In this document: positions 19,586 to 28,335 of the stretch, piece after piece | Layout of the letters: each line of letters opens with the position of its first letter | How positions within the stretch are numbered: position 1 is the first letter of the stretch | Assembly (NCBI GenBank): GCA_003250835.1 | Contig: QKJL01000008.1 | Span: 1-50,055, forward strand | DNA from: Alphaproteobacteria bacterium | GTDB taxonomy: Bacteria > Pseudomonadota > Alphaproteobacteria > Rs-D84 > SZUA-605 | Length of the DNA stretch: 50,055 nucleotides | Direction: 5' to 3' | Program-made: the position numbers and the translations under genes | The notes under the pieces: model-generated | Database searches by the model: none | What the model saw: only the letters and a program-made list of their open reading frames with translations | What the model was told of the DNA's origin: nothing

Positions 19586-20104
19586 ATGAATAAACGTTTA
19601 AATCGTGGGGCATTTTTGATCTCCTTTTTTACTGGACTTGCTTCTTTTTTTAAGAAGTATACGAAAGATGAACAACCGTTTGAAACATTGGTTGGGGTGT
19701 TCGTTTTATTGTTGGCGTTTTTCTTTTTAGGTTGGACATTGTCTAAAGCTGATGTGCAAACGGTTAAAGGATATGATGTGCATGCTGTGTTTTCAAGTGC
19801 AGGTGATTTGCATGTTGGGGCTGATGTTGTTTTAAAAGGTGTGAAAATTGGATCGGTAAAGGATATTCGTTTGAATCGTTCTGATTACCGTGTTGATATT
19901 ACTTTATCATTGGATGAAGATTTACGTCTTCCAAAAGATTCTATTGTTGAAATTTCAACTTATGGATTGATGGGGGATAAGTATGTACGAATTAAACTTG
20001 GTAAATTGACAGAGTATTTATCAGATGGTGATTCCATCACTGCAAAAGATTTTAAGTCTTTGGAAGATTTGATTGGCCAAGTATTGTTTTCAGGAGCTGA
20101 ATAA
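19586..20104 (+). CDS. mlaD: Outer-membrane lipid asymmetry protein MlaD (MCE domain)
   Basis: It has an N-terminal TM helix followed by an MCE-like region (GSVKDIRL...DSIVEISTYGLMGDKYVRI). The ATG at 19586 lies 7 nt after aaggagg. Confidence 0.8.
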   Translation: MNKRLNRGAFLISFFTGLASFFKKYTKDEQPFETLVGVFVLLLAFFFLGWTLSKADVQTVKGYDVHAVFSSAGDLHVGADVVLKGVKIGSVKDIRLNRSDYRVDITLSLDEDLRLPKDSIVEISTYGLMGDKYVRIKLGKLTEYLSDGDSITAKDFKSLEDLIGQVLFSGAE

Positions 20105-20527
20105 ATGAAATATATTTTAATGTTGTGTACGGTTTTATTTACAACATCAACGATGGCAGTTGATATGGTTGTAGATCCTAATTTAGTTGCTTATGATCGT
20201 GCGCTTATTCAAGTTGTGGATAAGAAAAAATCTCAATCACAACAAATTGAATTGCAAGTTGGTGAAAAAATGTTGTTTGAAGATTTGCAATTTAATGTGA
20301 AAAAATGTTATGAACGTTATGAAAATAGTCGTGATTTTTGGTTTTTTGTGGAAATTCAAGATAAACAACGTGAATTTGAAACAGAAGAAGTGTCACGTGT
20401 TTTTTCAGGTTGGATGAGTTCTAAAAGTCCATCTCTATCCGCATTAGAACATCCTGTGTATGATGTTCAGTTGATTAAGTGTTTTTCATCAACGGCTGTT
20501 GTTAAAGAAAAAACTCAAGAAGAATAA
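20105..20527 (+). CDS. DUF2155 family periplasmic protein
   Basis: It has a signal peptide and the family-like C-terminus GWMSSKSPSLSALEHPVYDVQLIKC. It follows the mlaD stop with no intervening base, as in many Alphaproteobacteria. Confidence 0.65.
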   Translation: MKYILMLCTVLFTTSTMAVDMVVDPNLVAYDRALIQVVDKKKSQSQQIELQVGEKMLFEDLQFNVKKCYERYENSRDFWFFVEIQDKQREFETEEVSRVFSGWMSSKSPSLSALEHPVYDVQLIKCFSSTAVVKEKTQEE

Positions 20528-20530
20528 TAA

Positions 20531-20558
20531 AAAAGGGGCTCTTATTAGAGCCTCTTTT
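20531..20558. terminator. Bidirectional terminator
   Basis: The sequence aaaaAGGGGCTCTtattAGAGCCTCTtttt forms the hairpin. Confidence 0.8.
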
Positions 20559-21115
20559 TAAATATCGTATCGTAAACCAATGGTATGAGTATGGATCGCA
20601 TCTTTTGGAATATTGGTAAATGTTATTTGATAAAATGCGGTTAATACTTCTCTTTTCTTTTCTTGTTGGCGTTTTTTAAAGTAAAGTGCTTTACTTATTT
20701 CGATTGGAATTTCTAAGCCTTTTTTATTATTTATAAAATTTCCATATCCGCATCCAATAAAGACAGAGTAAAAATTATCTTTATCACTAGATTTCCAATG
20801 GCTTAATGGAAAGCCTAATTTATCTGTTCCAAAGTCCATTTGTATACCACCGCCAGCACTTAAAATCATTTCATCATTTATTTTATTGAATTTTAAATAT
20901 GGCTCAATAGAAAAGTAATGCATCGTGGTATTGATTAATGAATATTTAAAGACTTCTTGTCGAATATTTATTTCAAAGCCTTTTCCAAATTCGTGCAAGA
21001 ATATTCCAGATGATATACTTGTTTGTTCTATCCAATGATATTTTTTCAATTGATCACTGGCCATTGTAAATTTTACGATAAATACGATTAGGGTTGTTTG
21101 AATAATTTTTTTCAT
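20558..21115 (-). CDS. Small putative beta-barrel outer-membrane protein, paralog A (185 aa)
   Basis: It has a signal peptide, alternating beta-strand-like segments and the ending ...IGLRYDI. It shares blocks with paralog B. Confidence 0.55.
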   Translation of the reverse strand: MKKIIQTTLIVFIVKFTMASDQLKKYHWIEQTSISSGIFLHEFGKGFEINIRQEVFKYSLINTTMHYFSIEPYLKFNKINDEMILSAGGGIQMDFGTDKLGFPLSHWKSSDKDNFYSVFIGCGYGNFINNKKGLEIPIEISKALYFKKRQQEKKREVLTAFYQITFTNIPKDAIHTHTIGLRYDI

Positions 21116-21182
21116 AATTCGATAGATTTTGGGTTAGTATATCATTAATATTTTATATAATACAACTTTTTTGATTATAATA

Positions 21183-21213
21183 AAAAAAGAGGCCCATATC
21201 AGAGCCTCTTTTT
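21183..21213 (-). terminator. Rho-independent terminator of paralog B
   Basis: The minus strand reads aaaaAGAGGCtctgatatggGCCTCTtttttt. Confidence 0.7.
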
Positions 21214-21214
21214 A

Positions 21215-21775
21215 TTAGAATTCTATTCGGATTCCTGCTGCATGCCCATATGATATTAGGCTTGCAATTTTTTGTGGGGTAAATCTGTAGTATAGGCTGT
21301 AGAGTAATTTAGATTTTTTAAAATTTGTTTTTTTAAATTGTACAGGTATGCCTATGTCAACAGGAACTTCAATTATATTCATTCCATCTGTATTTCCATA
21401 ACCCATTCCTATTGAATAATAGATGAAGTTTTTGGGTATACGAGAATGAACTTGTTTAAATGTGTTTTTTGGTTTGGGTTTTCCCATTCCAAATTTTACA
21501 TTTATGCCACCAGTCATTAAATTTCCATTGTTTGTTTGTCCATATTTTAAATAAAGTTCAGGGGACACAACTTGTATCATTGTTTGATAAAAATGATGTT
21601 GAAAAAGTTCTTTTTTCCATCCCATTTCAAACCCTGATAAAGATGGACCATCTTGTTGTATCAAGAGATAACCCATTTCTATGGATGTTGTTGGTTTTAA
21701 TTCTTTTTTCCGAGTGGCATCAATTGATTCATAGGCTGTTAAGCCTATGAGAAGTAGTAGAATAGTTCTTTTCAT
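21215..21775 (-). CDS. Small putative beta-barrel outer-membrane protein, paralog B (186 aa)
   Basis: It has a signal peptide and the terminal OMP signature ...AAGIRIEF. The shared blocks with paralog A (B first, A second) are PELYLKY/EPYLKF, GGINVKFG/GGIQMDFG, YYSIGMGYGN/YSVFIGCGYGN and EVPVDIG..QFKK/EIPIEIS..YFKK. Confidence 0.6.
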   Translation of the reverse strand: MKRTILLLLIGLTAYESIDATRKKELKPTTSIEMGYLLIQQDGPSLSGFEMGWKKELFQHHFYQTMIQVVSPELYLKYGQTNNGNLMTGGINVKFGMGKPKPKNTFKQVHSRIPKNFIYYSIGMGYGNTDGMNIIEVPVDIGIPVQFKKTNFKKSKLLYSLYYRFTPQKIASLISYGHAAGIRIEF

Positions 21776-21819
21776 AGTATAATAGTTTGTGTTTTTTATA
21801 ACACAAAAATAAAATTATA

Positions 21820-22530
21820 CTAGTCTTTTTTATATTTTTTTATGTATTTATCTAGCAATTTTTTGATTTTAGGTTTATTGGATGCTAAGTCTATTGCTGT
21901 GTAACTTTTTCCTTTGATGATTTTTACATAATATGGATCTGCATTTTTTTCGATCAGCATTTGAACCAATTCAGCATCGTTAAACATTACCGCTTGGATC
22001 AAAGGTGTGAGATCCCAAAATACAAGATTAGGATTTCCCCCGTATTGAATAAGTAATTTTAACATTTTTGAATCATTCTTTTGTGTCAGAGCGCCTTTCA
22101 TTGGAGAATTTACATCTTTGTCGACACTTTCAAGATTAGGGTTGGCACCAGCTTTTAATAATGCTTCAACGATGTCATAAAATTCATAGCGTTCCGCAAA
22201 GTGCAGTGCTGTGCGACCAAAGCTGTTTTGGATATTTGGGTCTGCATTATGTGATAAGAGCAATTTTACCACGTCTGTGTGTCCTTCGGCAGATGCTATC
22301 ATTAGCGGGGTCCATCCTGTGCATGGATCTTTACAAATACTGTTTGCATCCCAGCCAAGTTGTAACATTGTTAACAAGTCTTCTGTTTGGTTGTTTTCAG
22401 CCGCAATATACATTTCTTGTGCTTGTTCGCTTTTAAGCTCTTGTTGGTCTTTGTATCCCATATATTGAAATAGTGAGAGGGTGAGTATTGCCGTTAATGT
22501 TAGTTTTATTCCAAGTTTTCGTTTATTCAT
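21820..22530 (-). CDS. Secreted or membrane-anchored ankyrin-repeat protein
   Basis: It has an N-terminal hydrophobic segment. It has at least 4 ANK repeats, for example GWTPLMIASAEGHTDVVKLLLSHNADPN and GRTALHFAERYEFYDIVEALLKAGANPN. Confidence 0.85.
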   Translation of the reverse strand: MNKRKLGIKLTLTAILTLSLFQYMGYKDQQELKSEQAQEMYIAAENNQTEDLLTMLQLGWDANSICKDPCTGWTPLMIASAEGHTDVVKLLLSHNADPNIQNSFGRTALHFAERYEFYDIVEALLKAGANPNLESVDKDVNSPMKGALTQKNDSKMLKLLIQYGGNPNLVFWDLTPLIQAVMFNDAELVQMLIEKNADPYYVKIIKGKSYTAIDLASNKPKIKKLLDKYIKKYKKD

Positions 22531-22539
22531 TATTTGTCC

Positions 22540-24843
22540 TTAGTCGTTTTTTCCGAGCACGTCACGTTTCCCGGCTGTGTTTGGTGAGGATACCACCCCA
22601 TTTTCTTCCATTTCCTCGATTAAATTTGCTGCACGGTTATATCCGATGCGGAGCTGTCTTTGTACGAAGCTGATTGATGCGCGGTTATATTTTTGTACAA
22701 TTTCAACCGCTTGGTCATAGAGTTCATTATCCGATTTTCCTTTATCAGATCCACTGTTTGCCATGTCGAGTACACTTGGTTTTTGATCTGTTTTTTCTTC
22801 GGTTACATTTCTGACAAAATCTGGTTTACCTTGTGTTTTTAGATAATCAGCCACATCTTGAGATTCTTTTTCTGTTGCGAATGGGGCTTGTACACGTACA
22901 GGCTTTTTTCCTGCATTGAGGTAAAGCATATCTCCTTTATCGAGGAGTTGTTCTGCCCCCATTTGTTCCAGGATTGTACGACTGTCGATCTTAGATGTCG
23001 TTTGGAAGCTGATACGTGTTGGGAAGTTGGCTTTGATTACCCCTGTGATCACATTTACAGATGGACGTTGTGTTGCCAAGATTAAGTGTATTCCAGCTGC
23101 ACGTGCCATTTGAGCAAGACGTTGGATAGAGGCTTCTACTTCTTTACCCGCCACAATCATCAGATCCGCCAATTCGTCCACGATGATTACAATATATGGC
23201 ATTGTTTTCATTTCGATATCTTCTTCACCATAGATTACGTGTCCTGTTGTAGGATCAATTCCTTTTTTCACTTTTTTCTTTAGGCGTTTTCCATTTTCTT
23301 TCGCTGTTTTAATTTTTTCATTATAGCCTTCAATATTCTTTACACGCATCAGTGACATGTTACGGTAACGTTCTTCCATTTCTCGTACAGCCCATTTTAA
23401 TGTATTTACTGCCGCGGCAGGGTCTGTTACCACTGGGGTTAAAAGGTGAGGGATGTCATTCCAATCTGCAAATTCGAGCATCTTTGGATCAATTAAGATG
23501 AAGCGACATTCTTCTGGGGTTAGACGATATAGTAAAGATAAGATAACTGCACGGATAAATACCGATTTACCAGCCCCTGTTCGTCCAGCCACTAATAAGT
23601 GTGGCATTTTTTCAAGTGGTACGTATACGGGATCACCCCCGATATCTGATCCAAGTGCGATTGGAAGGCGATATGTTAAATTTTTAAATTGTTCATTTTC
23701 GATGAGGCTTTTGAAGTATACTGTTTCTCGGTTCATGTTTGGGAGTTCTAATCCAATTACGTTTGTTCCAGGGAGAGTTGCAATACGGAGAGCGTCCAAA
23801 CTCATTGAACGTGCAATATCTTCAGCTAAGCTTGTAATTTTTGATGTTTTTGTTCCTGCAATTGGTTCAAATTCATATAAGGTAATCACTGGCCCTTTGT
23901 GTGCATTTGTAATACGTCCTTTTACACCAAATTCTTCCATAAAGTTAATGAGCATATGTGCAGTTTGTTGTTGCATTTGCATTGCATTGGCTTGCGTTAT
24001 TCTGCTTGGGCGTGGGTTTTGTAATAAACTGAGAGGTGGGAGTTTAAACACTTTTTCCATTTTGATGTTTTTGACAGCGGCTTCACCTGCTTGTTTTTCA
24101 GGTGTGAGTGAACTTAAGATTTTTGATTTTCCATTTGTTGGAATTGGTGTGGTTGTTCTTTGCGGTTGTGGCGCTGGCATTCTTTGGGCTTGTTGTGGTT
24201 GATGTGTGCGTTGTATCGATCTTGTCGGCACAGGTTTTGTTACTTTTTTTATGAATAATTTTTTCTTGATATAATATATTAGTTTTTGAAGTGCATATTC
24301 ACATTTTTCAAAACTTTCTTTAGTGAGATTTAATCCAAAGATAATGCCAATTGTTCCAAGTGGTAAGGCGATCATTGCAATGATAAATTCTAAGTATGGA
24401 ATATGGAGTATTTTACCAAATGTTGCCAATCCATATAAAAAGTTTATTCCAATAATTCCACCGAGTCCTGCTGTTGTAGGAAATGTTGAAACTGGAATTG
24501 CGCTGAGAGTCATACTGAGTAAGCAAATTCCTGATATAAAAGCAAAAGTACGTTCTGTTTTAAAGATGGCTTCAAAATCATGCCAAATGTGATGACCGAT
24601 GCGGTATAATACGATTGGGATGAAAAATGCTTGAATCCCGAGGATTGTAAATAATTGTGAACTGATATTGTTCATTGCACTTTTTTTCTCACCTGTATAG
24701 ATTAAGAGTGTTGTTAAATTATTTGAATGTGTGAGTAATGACAGCATTAAATATGCTGCGCCACTTAATATTAAAATGGCGAGGATTTTACGTCCTAATT
24801 TTTGTAAAAAAAGTTTTATTTCTAAGGGTAAAAAATTTTGCAT
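22540..24843 (-). CDS. ftsK: DNA translocase FtsK
   Basis: It has an N-terminal TM domain, a Pro/Gln-rich linker, the Walker A motif GRTGAGKSV and a C-terminal gamma winged helix (SISFVQRQLRIGYNRAANLIEEME). Confidence 0.95.
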   Translation of the reverse strand: MQNFLPLEIKLFLQKLGRKILAILILSGAAYLMLSLLTHSNNLTTLLIYTGEKKSAMNNISSQLFTILGIQAFFIPIVLYRIGHHIWHDFEAIFKTERTFAFISGICLLSMTLSAIPVSTFPTTAGLGGIIGINFLYGLATFGKILHIPYLEFIIAMIALPLGTIGIIFGLNLTKESFEKCEYALQKLIYYIKKKLFIKKVTKPVPTRSIQRTHQPQQAQRMPAPQPQRTTTPIPTNGKSKILSSLTPEKQAGEAAVKNIKMEKVFKLPPLSLLQNPRPSRITQANAMQMQQQTAHMLINFMEEFGVKGRITNAHKGPVITLYEFEPIAGTKTSKITSLAEDIARSMSLDALRIATLPGTNVIGLELPNMNRETVYFKSLIENEQFKNLTYRLPIALGSDIGGDPVYVPLEKMPHLLVAGRTGAGKSVFIRAVILSLLYRLTPEECRFILIDPKMLEFADWNDIPHLLTPVVTDPAAAVNTLKWAVREMEERYRNMSLMRVKNIEGYNEKIKTAKENGKRLKKKVKKGIDPTTGHVIYGEEDIEMKTMPYIVIIVDELADLMIVAGKEVEASIQRLAQMARAAGIHLILATQRPSVNVITGVIKANFPTRISFQTTSKIDSRTILEQMGAEQLLDKGDMLYLNAGKKPVRVQAPFATEKESQDVADYLKTQGKPDFVRNVTEEKTDQKPSVLDMANSGSDKGKSDNELYDQAVEIVQKYNRASISFVQRQLRIGYNRAANLIEEMEENGVVSSPNTAGKRDVLGKND

Positions 24844-25033
24844 GATTATTCTTTTTAATCCTGTTTATTAAAATGAAACGGAATTTTTATCCGATCAAAT
24901 ATTTTGGGTATCTTTATTCTTTATATTGTATCATAAATTTTAACTCTTTTTAAGTTTTTTTCTTGCTTTTTTATTTTCTGTTTCGTACATTTTTTTATGC
25001 GTTTTTATTTAATTTTTAGAAAGGAGAAAATTT

Positions 25034-25324
25034 ATGTTAAAAAAGCTTTTATTGTCTTTGATGGTTGTTGGATCTCTTTCAGCTTGTTCAAAACAAACTT
25101 TTACTATTAATGGTCAATATGGTATGAAGGGTGAAGATACTGTATCTCATTTCTTTATTTATGGTCTTGGTCAAGATGATGAAATTAATGCAGCTGCTAT
25201 TTGTGGTGGAGCAAATAAAGTTGCTCGTGTTGAAGCTCAACAAACATTTTTAAATGGTTTATTAGGTACATTAACATATGGATTATATTCACCACGTCAA
25301 TATCGCGTATATTGTACACGTTAA
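25034..25324 (+). CDS. bor: Bor/Iss family lipoprotein (phage lambda Bor-like)
   Basis: It has the lipobox LSAC. From memory, the blocks shared with lambda Bor are QTFT, HFF..G.GQ, AAAICGG, QQTFLNGLLG and VYC at the C-terminus. Confidence 0.75.
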   Translation: MLKKLLLSLMVVGSLSACSKQTFTINGQYGMKGEDTVSHFFIYGLGQDDEINAAAICGGANKVARVEAQQTFLNGLLGTLTYGLYSPRQYRVYCTR

Positions 25325-25340
25325 ATAAATGTAAAATAAT

Positions 25341-25369
25341 AAAAAAAACTCCCAACTGGGAGTTTTTTT
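25341..25369. terminator. Bidirectional terminator (bor / gmk)
   Basis: The sequence is aaaaaaaACTCCCaactGGGAGTttttttt. The arms are nearly the same as those of the terminator at 3141-3169. Confidence 0.8.
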
Positions 25370-25949
25370 ATTGGATCTTTTTTTCAATAATTTCAAATAT
25401 TTCATTAAGTGCGGTTTGTAAATCGTCATTGATAATGAGATAGTCGTATTCATTTACATGTTTTAATTCTTCTTCAGCAGTTAACATACGTTCTTCAATT
25501 TCATCAACTGTATCGCGTCCACGGAGCAAAAGTCTACGTCTTGCTTCTTCTAGAGTTGGTGTTTTAATAAAGATTGATAAAATTTGTTTTTTAGGAAATA
25601 GTTTTTTAATACTTTTTAATCCTTGGACATCAATTTCAAGAAGGATACTTTGTCCTTTTTTTAAGGCTGCTTCAATTGGTTTTCGAGGGGTGCCTGAGTA
25701 GAAAAATCTATGTAACATTGCATATTCAAGGATATCACCTTTTTTTATGTGTTTTTCAAAGTCTTCTTTTGATACAAAATAGTAGTCTTTTCCCTCTGTT
25801 TCGCCGCTTCGTTTTTCACGTGTTGTCATAGATACAGATGGTTTGATTTTTTTAAATTTTTTGAAAATTTCTTTAGTAATCGTTCCCTTTCCGCCACCAG
25901 AATGAGATGAAATGATAATTAAAATACCATTTTGTTCTTTTTGATTCAT
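25368..25949 (-). CDS. gmk: Guanylate kinase
   Basis: I prefer the start at MNQKEQNGILIIISSHSGGGKGT (P-loop). The ORF-track N-terminal extension would run into the rpmE start. Confidence 0.9.
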   Translation of the reverse strand: MNQKEQNGILIIISSHSGGGKGTITKEIFKKFKKIKPSVSMTTREKRSGETEGKDYYFVSKEDFEKHIKKGDILEYAMLHRFFYSGTPRKPIEAALKKGQSILLEIDVQGLKSIKKLFPKKQILSIFIKTPTLEEARRRLLLRGRDTVDEIEERMLTAEEELKHVNEYDYLIINDDLQTALNEIFEIIEKKIQ

Positions 25950-26042
25950 TTTTTCCTTGCAAAGTTCGAATGATTTTATTATAAGTGTTCTACATTTTAA
26001 CGAATTTAATGCATGTATGCAAATAAAAAAGGATATTTGGCT

Positions 26043-26252
26043 ATGAAAAAAGGTATTCATCCAAAATATAATGAGATTACTGTAACAATGACTGATGGAG
26101 AACAAGTAAAAATGTTTTCAACATCTTCAAAAGATATTACAGTAGATGTAGATCCAAAATCTCATATTGCGTGGACAAAAACAAAATCACAAACAGTTTC
26201 AGGTGGACAAGCTGATAAATTTAACAAAAAATTTGCAGCATTTGGTATTTAG
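26043..26252 (+). CDS. rpmE: 50S ribosomal protein L31
   Basis: The N-terminus is MKKGIHPKY..., and FNKKF lies near the C-terminus. Confidence 0.9.
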   Translation: MKKGIHPKYNEITVTMTDGEQVKMFSTSSKDITVDVDPKSHIAWTKTKSQTVSGGQADKFNKKFAAFGI

Positions 26253-26292
26253 GTCTTATTTATTAAGATTTAATACTCTCTTGGAGAAAGGA

Positions 26293-26319
26293 AAAGCCCA
26301 GTTTAACTGGGCTTTTTTT
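26293..26319 (+). terminator. Rho-independent terminator
   Basis: The sequence aAAGCCCAGTTtaAACTGGGCTTttttt forms the hairpin. Confidence 0.8.
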
Positions 26320-26391
26320 GTGAAATTATACATTGACACATTCGAGTATTGATGGCATACTCAAAATCATTCAAAATGAAAAGGATAGCAC

Positions 26392-26904
26392 ATGGTTCAA
26401 GATACATGGACAACTCGTAAAATTGATAAGTTGAAAAAGCTTTGGGATAAAGGGCTTTCAACATCTGAAATTGGAAAAAAATTGGGCGTTTCAAAAAATG
26501 CTGTTGTGGGTAAAGCTCACCGTATTGGTTTGAAATCTCGTGTTTCTCCAATTAAAACGGCTAAAAACGTTGTAAAAGAAACAATTGAAAAAGTTGTTAG
26601 ATCATCAAAAGTAGATGATATTGATCTTGATGAAGAAGAAATTAAAGTAATGCCTGTTGTTCATAAAGCACGATCAAGTGCATCTAAAGATTTGCCAGGT
26701 GTTGCAATTAATGACATTAAACCAGGAATGTGTCGTTGGCCAAGTGGTGATCCACGTGGGGATGATTTTCGTTTTTGTGGAGAACCTTCTCATAAAGGAA
26801 AACCATATTGTTTGCATCACTGTACAGTAGCATATGCAATTCCTTCTGCATCTCAAGAAAAGGAGCTTTCAAATGATGAAGCAAACGTGGAGGGACAAGA
26901 ATAG
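26392..26904 (+). CDS. gcrA: Cell-cycle transcriptional regulator GcrA
   Basis: The N-terminus reads W..RKIDKLKKLWDKGLSTSEIGKKLGVSKNAVVGKAHRIGL. The conserved C-terminus reads CRWPSGDPRGDDFRFCGE...YCLHHC. Confidence 0.9.
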   Translation: MVQDTWTTRKIDKLKKLWDKGLSTSEIGKKLGVSKNAVVGKAHRIGLKSRVSPIKTAKNVVKETIEKVVRSSKVDDIDLDEEEIKVMPVVHKARSSASKDLPGVAINDIKPGMCRWPSGDPRGDDFRFCGEPSHKGKPYCLHHCTVAYAIPSASQEKELSNDEANVEGQE

Positions 26905-27874
26905 TTCCCCAACTGGGCTGATCGAATGTGATGCCGTTCATTCATTGTTTAATTTCACCGCTTTTTATGCGGACCATGGTCATTTGTTATTTGTTTTAGA
27001 TAAAACATGTGATCAAATTACTCCTAATGTTCGTTTGATTCTTAATAAAGATCCTAAAAATCCTGATCGCAAATGGGATGAAATCCTTTCAAAAGATTAT
27101 GGATTGGATTTGCAACAAATTCGTCCTAAAAAAGGACATCTTTTTCAAAAGCTTGATATTGAATATGATAATCTTTCTGTTTATGAACGTGCATTTGATA
27201 ATCCTAAAGACGATATTCTTTTAAATCGTATTGTGATTAATAAAGAAAAAGCTGCTTTTGCTCATGCGTTGAAACGTATGGAAGAAGAACGTTATGGATT
27301 GGAAAAAGCTGAAGAAACTGTTGAAGGTTCTATGAATGCTTTGAAGGCGGTTCGTAAATCATTGGCGTTGGCACAGGCTCGTATGCAAAAATTGAAAGCC
27401 TTGAAAAAAGAACATCCACATAAAGTTGATGAAGAAAAAGAATCTCGTGCGTTAGAGCTTTTATATAAAGCAATCGAAAAAGAAAAAATTCGTGAACGTC
27501 GTGTGAAACGTGCAAAAGTTCGTATTGAAAAATCACGTAGAGAATTAGATGCGATTCATGCTCGTTTACAACTTATTCAAGAACGTTTGGATAAACATAG
27601 TGAACAAGAATTGAAATTCTTTCAAATTGAGCGTCAAAAACAAGATTTGGTTAAAGAATATGCAAAGCCTGATGCTGGGTTAAAAGATGTTTTATATCAA
27701 AAGCCTTCGGAAGTTCCTCATTCTTCTAAGGTTCAGTTAAAGCCAACTAATTTATCTCAGAACCCGATTCATTATCGTATTACATCTCATCCAAGTGTTG
27801 ATTTGTATTATTATTTGCATTGGTTGTTGATTGCCTTATTGTTTGGCGTCATTATTTTAGCGATTCTATCTTAA
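26873..27874 (+). CDS. Coiled-coil protein with a single C-terminal TM anchor, unknown family
   Basis: It has a long Lys/Glu/Arg-rich helical region and the terminal segment YYYLHWLLIALLFGVIILAILS. The start is uncertain (26834 or 26873). Either start overlaps the gcrA 3' end in another frame. Confidence 0.55.
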   Translation: MMKQTWRDKNSSPTGLIECDAVHSLFNFTAFYADHGHLLFVLDKTCDQITPNVRLILNKDPKNPDRKWDEILSKDYGLDLQQIRPKKGHLFQKLDIEYDNLSVYERAFDNPKDDILLNRIVINKEKAAFAHALKRMEEERYGLEKAEETVEGSMNALKAVRKSLALAQARMQKLKALKKEHPHKVDEEKESRALELLYKAIEKEKIRERRVKRAKVRIEKSRRELDAIHARLQLIQERLDKHSEQELKFFQIERQKQDLVKEYAKPDAGLKDVLYQKPSEVPHSSKVQLKPTNLSQNPIHYRITSHPSVDLYYYLHWLLIALLFGVIILAILS

Positions 27875-27898
27875 TTTTATGTTTAATAATCTTTAAAT

Positions 27899-27925
27899 AG
27901 CTCCTTTTTTAGGGGCTGTTTTTTT
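27899..27925 (+). terminator. Rho-independent terminator
   Basis: AGCTCC-tttttta-GGGGCT forms the hairpin, followed by gttttttt. Confidence 0.65.
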
Positions 27926-28023
27926 ATTTATTCTCTTATAAGTTGCGTTTTTTCTAATAAATCTCATAAAATGTTCTTTTTGGCTTGAAGTTTCCTTTTT
28001 TCTGTGTCAAAATGCGAGATGTT

Positions 28024-28305
28024 ATGACTAGATCAGAATTAGTAAAAGTTTTGAAAGAAAAACATAAAGGCTTTTCGTTGGAAGAGGTCGATGCGATTGT
28101 TCGTGAAGTTTTCGGCTTTATGCGAGAAAGTCTTTTAAAAGGTGACCGTATTGAACTTCGTGGCTTTGGGGTTTTTGAACCACGCACTAAAGTTGGGTAC
28201 CGTGCTCGTAATCCTAAAACAGGCGATGTAGTTGATGTTTCTTCATCTAAGTCTGTGAATTTTAAAGTTGGTAAAATGCTATTTAACCGACTTAATCAGG
28301 ATTAA
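28024..28305 (+). CDS. ihfB: Integration host factor subunit beta (HU/IHF family)
   Basis: It reads MTRSELVKVL...GDRIELRGFGVFEPR...ARNPKTGDVV. The RIE(I/L)RGFG block favours the beta subunit. Confidence 0.8.
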   Translation: MTRSELVKVLKEKHKGFSLEEVDAIVREVFGFMRESLLKGDRIELRGFGVFEPRTKVGYRARNPKTGDVVDVSSSKSVNFKVGKMLFNRLNQD

Positions 28306-28335
28306 TTTCAATTTTATTTATAAGAGGTATTTATT

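Noticed and set aside
23453-24202. A 249-aa plus-strand ORF, together with the shorter ORFs at 22858-23283 and 24323-24592.
   Set aside because: These ORFs lie entirely antisense within the strongly supported ftsK gene. Their translations are low-complexity with no motifs, so they are typical shadow ORFs.
25950-26105. An N-terminal extension of gmk (52 codons) that overlaps the rpmE start.
   Set aside because: The P-loop lies right after the internal Met at 25949. The extension is hydrophobic nonsense and would overlap the divergent rpmE gene.
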